A stretch of 64,000 nt of DNA from Perkinsus chesapeaki ATCC PRA-425 (Eukaryota > Protista > Perkinsozoa): positions 102,479 to 166,478 of the forward strand of contig JAAPAO010000007.1 of the NCBI GenBank assembly GCA_013115145.1, written 5' to 3'. A model generated the notes under the pieces. The model saw nothing but the letters and a program-made list of their open reading frames with translations. It was not told the origin of the DNA and made no database searches. This document shows positions 1 to 10,878 of the stretch, piece after piece (position 1 is the first letter of the stretch; every line of letters starts with the position of its first letter). A program made the translations under genes and the position numbers.

Positions 1-1439
1 TATCTTAATTTGTGCGGACGTACTAGTCGATTAATACCACTAATATTCACATTATAACAGGCGAAGAGGAGGTGAATAGGTCAGAAAGAGAGTGTTCAGC
101 ATGGATAGAGGCCGTCATAGACGAGCATCTATCTTTAGGAGCTATATTAAGATCCAATCGGTATCGACAGAGATAGCAACATCGTTTAGCGTATTAATTA
201 ACGAACCCAACAAGCACTGATATGTGATATAATATCATCATAGATCGTCGAGTTCATTATTAACCCATCGGAAGGATAAACATCAGATTTACTAATAGGA
301 TTCATATCGTTTAAATTAAATTTGGCTGACAGCAACCAGCCCGAACATCACAAAATCCACACTTAAAACGATGTGAGAAGGCTCAAAACCGGATGATAAC
401 CACCATCAAAATAAGCTATAACATTATTAGAGTCAAACCGCACAAATAAGACTGTTAACAGCGTCATAGTGGAGTCAGTACAAGCAGCGCAAGCGGCCAT
501 CTCGAGCAAGTTCCGATCAGTTTCAATCTTGCGCTGTCACTTGCTTATCTTGCATTTCTTGTATTTTCTCAACGCAGCGCGCTATAACGCGTGTCGATCA
601 CGTCGCAACACTCGAAAATTTGTATGGAGTTGCTACTCCTCACTCTACTGATAAGCTCTGTATTTCCTGCTTGGTTCGTCATTACGTAATACGAACATGG
701 CATAGTAAGCGGAGCAATATCGTATCTAGTGATCATCGGGCTCGCTTTATCCTGTGCTCGTCGAGTGTAGGATTGACCAGTGTATCGCACACTTAACATT
801 TGACAAATAGACTAATACTGCTATCAGCGGTCCTCGTGGTCATTGATATGGCTCACAGGCATGTCCCACCTTAAGCGAGCAGACGGTTCCGAGCTACCGA
901 AAGGGTTATCGGCTTTGTACAAGTAAAGAGGGAATGTCGGTTAAAGCCTTCTACTTTATTATAGGCGGTTTTCGCAGAGCAGCTATAGTGATGACGACAA
1001 GGAAATGAATAAAGACACGGATGACTTGGACCATCTTAAAATATTGTTGGCCATTGAGGCTAGTAGACGGAAGAAGGCCACACAGTAGGCATGCATATCC
1101 AAGGTCGACCCGTGCACCACGGCCTCACTTAGCGATCTGCTCAAGATGAGACGGGCCCATGATCAGCAGTTTCTAGAGGAACAGCGCGTCAAACGAGCCG
1201 TTTTCGAAGAGAAGGATCGCGAGGTGAGGGAATGATGGTTAGCACGCAAGCCGCCGAGGAAGCTTAGGTCACCGACCTCCTGGATGAGCTCCACAGGCTC
1301 AAGTTCAACAACCAAACTTTGCGCCACAAACTCCAATCAAGAGAAGCACTCCGTTCTGCTTCCGACTATAAGAAACTGGTAAATCTAACTGAACATACGA
1401 TCCAAGGCTGGCTTGTAGGTTAGCGAATGTAATCGATCA

Positions 1440-2900
1440 TCGAGTCGCACTAGCGATGCTGCTCCATCCAAGAGTGCCCGTATGGCAAAGGAACACAACA
1501 CAACCACTGAAAGTTCCCGGCAGCTTGTACGTCCTGCCACACGGGAGCCGCCTCTCGCCGGCAGCGAGACAGCACTCGTGCAGAAACCTCATGTGACTTC
1601 TGAAGACGTCGGTGGAGCAATCACAGTTCCTAAGGTCCGGTCGACATCGAGCGCTGGCCAGGTTCGGTTGGCTACGGTATGATGATACAATGTAGACAGT
1701 GAGCAAGTGCTTCGTGGGTTCAGGCTGGCCAGGAACCGTGGGACAAGCGGCTGGAGCGTAAAGTGGCGATGCATCGCAAAAATGAAGAATTGCAGAAGTC
1801 TATCTGGGACATGTACTCGTTCGTTCACTTAGTTGCCGGTTTGAGTCTCCGAGTCTGTAGGTATTATATTTGGCATGATTCCTTCAACTACCATTAGCTA
1901 CCATTTACCATGCTTAGGTGTTGTAACATCATAATCATCATCAGCTTGTGTTAGCTTTAGTTCTCATTACTATAAACTCACACAAGGAGAGGTAACGACA
2001 AAATCTTGGTTGTATAAAATCATCATGCTTAACAATACAAATTAGTCAGATCAGGAACGACTACTTATTGAAATGATTTAGATGACGCTCTACGGCTCGT
2101 TGGGGCGGTCGACGGAGCTGAACCTGTGCGGTAATCAGGATACACTCCAGTTGACGAACCGTACCGGGTTGCCGTCGCTGCACCGGCAAAGTACTTGTCG
2201 GTAGCTTACCCAGCTTGTCTGGGGTTGGCTCCGGCACTACTGGTGCTACTACTGGTTTAGGGCTGCTACTCCGACATCGCACCAATGCGAGGAGCGATGA
2301 TCCTGAGTTAGACGTGTCGACAACTAGCATGCTAACCGCCCACCGAATCGCTTCAGGATTGGCTGTCTGCTCCTAGCCGTCTGCTTTCGTAAGGCCTCTG
2401 CAATGGCTAAAACATTAACACAATTTGACAGTGAAAGGTTTGATATTGAGGAACCTTTTTCCTCCTCAGCTTTTTCTTTATTATACTGTAGAACCATCGC
2501 CAGTAAATCTTGATCGTTATCCTGGACACTTGTGTGAATAGCCCGCGCGAGGTTAAATTACCCTTATCATGCCCTCAAGCAGGGGGTATAGCTTATACAT
2601 GGTCCTATCTTCAGACGGTGGTAGCATATCTACACGCTCTATCATTCCTCTTACCATACCTCACCAGCTCACCGTAGTCCCCATACATTAAATCGAAGGC
2701 ATTGGGCCGGTACGCTGTTCTGGTGAAAGGACCTAAACCGTCGCGATTGCCGCCGTCTCTCCAAAGTGGCTGATGCGTACGTGGTGGCTCCTCCAGTAGG
2801 CATCCCTCTCGAGGCAGAGACCGTCTTCTAACAGCATTACGACGAGCCACTACTGATGCAGCAACCGCTGCATGCATCATTAACACAGGGGATTGGGGAA
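1440..2900 (-). mobile_element. Degenerate LTR-retrotransposon pol-like relic (stop-interrupted)
   Basis: Minus-strand fragments resemble an integrase C-terminal tail (RQPGTVRQLECILITAQVQL..RAVERHLNHF, 2061-2330), integrase-like pieces (HVRISHFGETAAIATV, GMIERV) and an RNase H-like LHFCDAS near 1780. Frames are broken by stops and there is no intact ORF. Confidence 0.35.
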
Positions 2901-3320
2901 GAGGATGGTGACCTTGCCGTCATCAACGCCACGTCACGTCCGTTGAGGAAATGCAAGTGCGCAAGTGGTGGTGGAAATGGCAGGTTCGTTAGTGATTCAA
3001 TGAACGCGGTGAAGCACGGTGCCAGTTGGGCAGTAACGCTAGCGTAACAGTGACGTATTGGTACCTTCCAGCATTGTAGACTGATCATCTTGCTCTTGGT
3101 CCAAGTTGTACCCAGAGACGACTGGGCGAGGTGGCCCCTGAATTCCGGTCTGCGTCTCGAGCATGTTGGGGGTCGTCGAGTTGTTGGTGTATTGGTCATC
3201 CTTTCAGGAATTTCGGTTCTTCTTTCTACTCTCTACTAGACAGCTCCGGTCTAGTATTATCATTCACCTAACGACAGCGGTAGAAGTTAGCAACCTTACC
3301 AACGTCCTCATCACCACAGC

Positions 3321-6300
3321 ATGCTATCAACGAAGTCACTCTTCACCTCGTCGAGTGCCGCCGCTCGCACTGTAGCGGCTGCCGCGTCCGCCTCTCGGAT
3401 GCGAGCATTTGCCAGCAGCACTGTTAACCACTCATCATCGGAGGGTTATACGGAACTGGTAGAACCTGCATGGAAACGGAAAGGAGCCAAGGTAAGCAAA
3501 CTGTTAAGTGGTTATTCTTGTATCGTAACACTTTTGCTACTCAGGGTTTAAAGCAGTTCCCACAGAAGCAGCTCCCCTATGACGGTTGCACTGCAGCCGC
3601 CTATGTGGCATATGCTTGGTCGGAGCAAGCAATGGTAAGCAATAGAAATCAAGTCTCCTGTTGATGACTTCGACTTCAGATTTATCCGATCACGCCCGCC
3701 ACGCCAATGGGAGATGTTATGGCTAATTGGGCCGGTCAAGGTCGAAAGAATCTTTTCGGCAGCGTATCTAAGGTTACTCAAATGCAATCTGAGGGTGGCG
3801 CTGCTGGTGCCGTCCATGGTGTCCTCGATGTTGGTGCTCTTGGTACTACATTCACCTCCTCGCAAGGACTACTTTTGATGATCCCCAATATGTACATAAT
3901 TGCCGGGGCTCTCAACCCTTGTGTTTTCCACGTTGCCGCACGTGCCATCTCGAAGCATGCATTATGTATCTTTGGTGACCACACCGATGTCATGGGTACT
4001 CGACAGACCGGTTGGGCCCAGCTATCCGGCCATAGTGTGCAGGCCTCTATGGATATGGCATTGGTGGCTCATATTGCTACATTGAAGAGCTCTGTTCCCT
4101 TCGTTAACTTTTTTGATGGCTTCCGTACTTCACATGAGATCAACAAGATCAACATCATACCGTATGAGGCCATGGAGCAGCTTGTGCCGTGGACCGAGCT
4201 GGCAGCCTACCGTGCCCGAGGCTTGAATCCTAACAGACCCCATTCGCGTGGTCTAGGCCAGTTCGCTGACACATTTTTCCAGAACTCGGAGGCCGTCAAC
4301 AAGTACTATGACAACACCCCTGGCATTGTGCAGTCGGTTATGAACGATGTTGCCCACGTCACCGGCCGCCACTATAAAAACTTCTTCTACTACGGCCACC
4401 CTCAAGCTGAGTATGTCACTGTCATCATGGGCTCCGGCAGCTCTACTGTAGAGGAGACTGTAAACTACATGAGTGCTCGTGGAGAGAAGGTTGGCCTTAT
4501 CCGTGTCCATCTGTACAGGCCGTGGGACGCGGACTCCTTCCTGAGTGCCTTACCCCACTCGGTTAAGCGTCTTGCTGTCCTTGATCGCACCAAGGAGCAG
4601 ACTGCCATTGGTGAACCACTGTTCTTAGATGTTGCAGCTACACTGCAGTCTGTTGGCAGCACTATGAAGGTGGTGGGTGGTCGTTATGGTCTCGGATCCA
4701 AGGAGTTCACTCCAGCCATGGCTGAAGCTGTCTTTGACAACCTAAAGCAGTCCAGGCCAGTTGAGAACTTCTCCGTCGGTATCGAGGACGACATCACTCA
4801 TCGGTCTATTAAGGTTGGCCCAGAGCCGGATGTTTCCGCCCCGGGTACCAGACAGTGCTTGTTCTGGGGCATGGGATCGGATGGTACAGTATCTGCCAAT
4901 AAGAGTGCAATCAAGCTCATTGCCGACAACACCGACCAGTACGTCCAGGCCTACTTCGCCTATGATTCCAAGAAGTCCGGCGGTTGCACCATCTCCCATC
5001 TTCGTTTCGGCCCGGAGAAGATAGAGTCCCCTTACGCCATCATGAACGCCGACTATATCGCCGTGTCCCAGCGAACTTGGCCACACAAGTTTCCGAGGGT
5101 CATCGTTGAGACCCTGAAGCCCGGCGGTATTGCTGTCTTCAACTCTGCTTCCAAGACGGCCGAGGATTTCCTCGCTGAAATGCCTCAGCCAGTTATCAAC
5201 CAACTCGGTGAGAAGAAGGCTCACATCTACACCATCGATGCCTCTAAGGTGGCTCGGGACAACGGCTTAGGTCGCCATACCAACAACGTCCTGGCTGCTG
5301 TATTTTTTAAATTGGCTGATATTATCCCCTACGAGAGCGCTGAGAGGTTGCTGAAGGATGCAATGAAGAAGGCTTACTCGGCGAAGGGTGATGATCTTGT
5401 ACAGAGGAACTTTAAGGGTGTCGATGCGGCTATTGCTAATTTGGTCGAGATACAGTACGACCCGCAAGTCTTCAGTACCTACTCTAAGCCCGAGGATGTC
5501 GATCCTACTAGGCCCGCCTTCTGTACTGATCTCATGGATAAGCTCAATGCTTTAGAGGGCAACAATCTGCCCGTATCTTCCTTCGACCCTCGTGGTCACT
5601 ACCCACCAGCCACAACCCAGTATGAGAAGCGTGGTGTGGCTCTGACTATCCCTATAGTGGATATGGATAAGTGTACTCAGTGTAACAAATGCTCGGCTAT
5701 CTGCCCTCATGCCGCTATTCGCCCCTTCCTCATCTCACAACTCGAGGCTGATGTCGCCCCCAAGGCCTTTGACATGCGAATGGCCAAGGGTGGCAATGAC
5801 GTCGCTGGTATGATGTACCGTATCCAGGTTGCCCCTGAGGACTGTACTGGTTGCGAGGCCTGCTCCTGGGCATGCCCGGACAACGCCCTGACTATGACAC
5901 CGTTGGAGGATGTTGTAGAGGTGCAGCGTCCCAATTGGTCATTTGCCATGAGTATCCCCAACCGTGGCTATATGGTGGACCGCCACACCCTCAAGGGTTC
6001 ACAGTTCCAGCAACCTATGCTTGAATTCTCGGGTGCCTGTGAGGGCTGTGGTGAGACTCCTTATGCCAAGCTCGTCACGCAGCTCTTCGGTGAGAGGATG
6101 GTGGTTGCTAATGCCTCTGGTTGCTCCTCCGTCTGGGCTGGCACTGCTGCCTTCAATCCTTTGGCGGTCAACAGTAAGGGCCAGGGCCCTGCCTGGGGTA
6201 GGTCCCTTTTCGAAGATGCAGCTGAGTACGGTCTTGGTATGGCTAGAGCTGTTCAAGAGCGCCGTCTGAATCTGAAGGAGAAGGTTCAAGAGCTGGTCGA

Positions 6301-8926
6301 TGATGAGGAGTACAAGGTCTTGCTGAGCCCTGAACTTAACAACGCCTGTCACGAATGGTTGGAGAAGTACAATGACTCCAAGATCTGCCAGGAGCTTGCT
6401 GATGACATTCCCTCCATGCTCGAGGCTACTTCCGGCCTCCGCCATGTCCCTTTGGTCCAGGAGATCCTATCTATGAAGGACCTCTTCCCTAAGATATCGC
6501 AATGGGTGTGGGGAGGTGATGGCTGGGCTTATGATATCGGCTTCGGTGGCCTGGACCATGTCCTTGCTTCGCAGACCGATCTCAATGTTCTGGTCATGGA
6601 TACCGAGGGTTACTCCAACACTGGTGGTCAAGTGTCCAAGTCTACCAACTTGGGTGCTGTGCAGAAGTTCGCTCCCACTGGCTATCGTCGTGCCAAGAAG
6701 GACCTCGGTGCCATCGCCATAGCCTACGGTGACGTCTACGTTGCCTCGATCGCCATCGGTGCCAACTACGCACAATCGGTGAAGGCTCTTGTCGAGGCTG
6801 AGGCCTTCCCCGGTCCCTCGCTGGTCCTGTGCTACTCTCCTTGCATCGAGCATAAGATTCTCTATCCTCGTGGTTTGTCCCGTCTGGCTGAGGAAATGAA
6901 GAAGGCTGTCGACTCGGGTTATTGGACCCTCTACAGATACAACCCAGCTCTGACCCCTCACGGCCAGAACCCCTTCACTCTGGACTCTAAGCACTTATCT
7001 ATTGATGTGGGCCACTTCACCAAGCTCGAGAACCGTTTCGAGATTCTCAAGCGTACTCATCCCGAGGTGGCCGAGCAGCTCAAGACAAGCCTTCAGAAAT
7101 GGACACAGGAACGTCTTGAGAACTTCAAGTGGATGGAGAAGCGTGGCGCCCCCTCTGAGGAGGCCGCTGGTCCTGCGCTCGACGTCCTCGTTGGTTCCGA
7201 CACCGGCACCACTACAGAGTTAGCCAACCGCTTCGCCAATCTATGTCGGTCTAGGCAGTTCAACGTTGCTGTCCATGAGCTCGACGAGATCACTCCGGAG
7301 TCTCTGCGTGCCATGAGCAACGTGGTTGTGCTGTGCTCTACAGCTGGTGAGGGTGACTTCCCCAACAACGCCCATGCTTTCTGGGAAGGACTGTCAGATC
7401 CCGAACTTGAGGAGGATTTCCTTTCCTCTACCAAGTTCTCTGTATTCGGTCTCGGTGACACCGGCTACAAGCACTTCAATGCCGCCGCTAAGAACATCGA
7501 GCAGCGTATGCTTGAGCTTGGTGCTGTGAAGTCTCAGGACATCGGCCTCGGTGATGACAAGGATGAGGACAAGTACGAGACTGCCTTCGAGTCTTGGCTA
7601 CCCGACTTCTGGAAAATCCAGAACGCCCCTGAGTCGCCTGATGAGCATGAGATCCCAGAGCCTATTGTGGAGTTGGAGGTCGTCGGCAAGGAGTTGGCCT
7701 GCAAGTACCAGAGAGTGCATCCCCCGAAGACCAAGACCATCACTCTCACCAAGAATGAGCGTATCACTTCGCCCGATTACAACCGTATCATTCGTCATCT
7801 CATCTTTGACGTCCGTGGTGTCGACTTCTCTTACCTTCTTGGAGATGCTCTTACTATCTATCCAGACAACGACCCCGCCTTGGTGGAGGACTTCTTGGAT
7901 TGGTACAGGGTTGATCAGAGCCAGTGGTATCACGTCCGTGGCACTAAAGACCTGGACGCTCGCCGTGCCGCGAGCTATCGTCACCCTATGACAGCCAGGC
8001 AGATCTTTGGTGAAGTTGTGGATATTACTGGTAGACCTAATAAGTTCTTCTACAAGCAGCTGGCCAAGTTCGCTGTCGACGAGGATGAGCGTAAGGCACT
8101 CGAGACCATCGTGGCCGACACCCCCGAAGGCCATGCCGCTTACAGCGCCTTGTCTACCGAGTGTGTGAACTACATTGATGTCCTCAAGAAGTTCCCCAGC
8201 GCCCATCCACCACTGGAGCATCTTATGTCCCTTGTGCCGTGCATAAAGCCAAGGCTCTACTCCATTGCTTCCTCTCAGCGTTATGTCAATGACAAGGTTG
8301 AGCTTGTTATTGTTGTGAACGACTGGAAGACCCCCAGTGGTGCTCTGAAGCGCGGTCTCTGTACCAACTACGTCGACAGGCTGGCCACTGATGGACAGGA
8401 GGATCTCACTCACAAGGTGGTCGTGTCGGTTACGCCTGGCACCTTCAACTTGCCTCCAACTTTAATGGAGCCCTACATTATGACTGGTCTTGGTACTGGT
8501 TTGGCGCCCTTCCGAGCCTTCATTCAAGAGAGAGCTTTCTTCAAGAGACTTGGTTATGAGACTGGTCCCATGTGGTTGTTCTATGGCTGCCGATATCGCG
8601 CTAAGGACTACATCTTCGGTGACGAATTGGAGAAGTATGCCGAGGAAGGCGTCATCACCCATTTGAAGCCCGCTTTCTCACGCGATCAGAAGGAGAAGGT
8701 CTATGTTCAGCACAAGATGCTTGAGAGTAAAAATGAGTTGTACGAGGATCTCATCACCAAGGGTGGCTACTTCTATCTTTGCGGTCAAGCTGGTCAGTTG
8801 GAGATTGACGTCAGGAATGCTATTCTTACGGCAATCAAGGAGGGTGGAAACATGTCCGCTGAGGAGGCCCAGAAGGTATTTAGTAAGTTTGACGAAGAGG
8901 GCCGATACTGCCTCGAGCTCTACTAA
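3321..8926 (+). CDS. PNO: Pyruvate:NADP+ oxidoreductase (PFO fused to NADPH-cytochrome P450 reductase domain) with N-terminal mitochondrial presequence; about 1835 aa
   Basis: Exons 3321-3491, 3545-3634 and 3680-8926, joined by GT-AG introns. PFO motifs YPITP, SEGGAAG, GGRYGLGSKEF, two 4Fe-4S motifs (CTQCNKCSAICP, CTGCEACSWACP) and TPP-binding GGDGWAYDIG. These are followed by flavodoxin (GSDTGTT, FGLGD), FAD (RLYSIAS) and NADPH (GTGLAPFRAF, FYGCR, FYLCG) motifs. The N-terminus is Ser/Ala/Arg-rich with no acidic residues. Confidence 0.97.
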
Positions 8927-9663
8927 GCCCGTAGCGGTATTCGATGACTACTGAGGTTACTCTGCAAAATGCGTACCATTATGTCACGTCTTCAGCACTT
9001 TTCACTTGGTTGCCTGGTATTTACTGTCGGCATCCATTTTTACTGCAAAATAGGCTCTTGTGGTTCGGTGATGTAAAGTCGCCATCTTGCTCATTTTATC
9101 GCGTCCTGATCTGTGGCTGCTAGCACTAGAGATTTTTTAAAGGATTTCATTGGTTGGTTGTTGTTGCTGGTGCTACTGCTATCCGTGCGTGTGTGGCATT
9201 CATTAGCCCTGATATAATATGCTAACACTTTTTATCTCATTCAAGGTGGTGAAGCTATTCGGTAGTAATACGACATCTATTAGCTGTCTGTGAACGTTAT
9301 TAATCAGTAGTTGTTGAGTTATTCAGTTTGTCAGCGGAACCTGTTCATTTAGCTGGGCTTCAATTAGCTATTGTAATAGTGCCGTTTCGGAGAGTGTTAT
9401 TATGAACAGGGCTCGGCTGGTGCTACAGTTCTTTGGGCAGTAGTAGATACCGCATGTGAGTGGGCGGCGAAGTAACCTGCTCCACCCCACTGATAACGAT
9501 CCATAAATTACAGAAGCCAGTTATGTCACCAGAACGTGAAGTGTCTGTCGTTACTAATAAAGTGAGTTTTTGTTTGTGGCTCATGGTGGCTGTGGTGTTC
9601 ACTGGATAACACAAGACCCCTTTGCGATCAGTAGTGATGACACATAAAGTATACACGAGTAGC

Positions 9664-10755
9664 TCATAGATAATCCTCATTGGCGTTATCCATCGAAATG
9701 ATAGCATATCCGATTGCTGCAACAACGGCAACAACTACAACAATAACGGGCACCAGCGATTGGTTGTCATTAGCTAAGCCTATGGCAGCGAAACGGTCGT
9801 CTTCTTTTGAATTGGGGTCGAACACATTCTTCTCGCTTCCTCCAAGCCGTTTGCAAAACCTCGTGAAGTCCTGAGTGGAGGCATCATCCCAGCAGATAAC
9901 ATGTCGTTGTGACCCACCTTGCAGGCGAAGACAGCTTCGTCATTGGCAAAGCCGCACTCGGCACAAGTCTTGGCTCCGTCAGGCGGGGGTATCCGATTGA
10001 AATACCCATGGGTAGGATAGAACCTGCGTTCTGATAAATCTACCGGCATACCTAGCGACTTCCCCACCGCGAAGTATCCAAAAATTCGGGGAAGAGTTCT
10101 CGGAAGTCCTTGTCCTGGAAAAAAGAATAACAAAGTCTCAACAGCAGCAGCGCTTACAAATTTATTCTTGGCGAAACTATTGATGGCGCATTTCTCCCGA
10201 TAGGCTGCTGACGCCGACATTCCTCCGGTTGTCCGAGGCTCCGTTTTGTCCAACATAAAACTAACTAAACCTGATCGATGGAGAATAATCCGTATCTTTG
10301 CTACCAGCGAGGAGGAGCGCTACCAATGAGGATGGTCTCAACGCGCCAACTTGGATTCCAGGATTCTGGATGAAAGTCGGACATGGACAGGCAAAGCTTT
10401 GTATGAGTCTCGAACCTCCCTAAGATACATTGACCATCAGACTTCGGTGAAGTTGGCATCAGTGATACCATTGGGAGTGATCATATAGATCGCTGGTGGC
10501 TTGAGGGGGTACATCGGAGGGAACACCAATTTGCCATGGTACACTCCACCATAGTAAGGAGTGTCTTCGGGAAGATCGAAGACTACAAAGTGCCATTCAA
10601 GCATGCTTTTAGTAGAAGGCATCGCATCGATCTGAGCCGGGCATGACCTGCCAAGTGCCTACTGTCTTCTCTGCTGCTCGTACGCCCGTAACCTACTTTT
10701 TCAAAGCCTGTAGTTCACGAGTTAATCGCGAGACTGCTTGTCTGTTCTCAGACAT
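9664..10755 (-). CDS. UBC6: Ubc6/UBE2J2-type ubiquitin-conjugating enzyme, tail-anchored (multi-exon)
   Basis: Spliced reading MSENRQAVSRLTRELQALKK..LEWHFVV..YYGGVYHGKLVFPPMYPLKPPAIYMITPNGRFETHTKLCLSMSDFHPESWNPSWRVETILIGLVSFM. C-terminal TM helix LVPVIVVVAVVAAIGYAII; stop at 9664-9666. Confidence 0.92.
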
Positions 10756-10878
10756 ATTACAAAAACGTGTTAAATACTAAACATTGCATATCTTGCCATA
10801 GTACCCTCACTTATCGCCAGCAACCGGACACTGAAACTAGACTCTTGGTGCTTTTGAAACGTTGATTGTTGGTAAACT

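Noticed and set aside
870-1400. Coiled-coil-like plus-strand fragments (LLKMRRAHDQQFLEEQRVKR)
   Set aside because: Interrupted by stops, with no start or recognisable family; too weak to call.
1669-1678. accgtagcca on the minus strand matches the first 10 nt of the Perkinsus/dinoflagellate spliced leader
   Set aside because: The following bases (accgaacc) do not continue the leader (..TTGGCTCAAG), and a 10-mer match is expected by chance.
7598-8413. 271-aa minus-strand ORF and other long antisense ORFs over PNO
   Set aside because: Shadow frames produced by the codon bias of the real plus-strand gene; no motifs.
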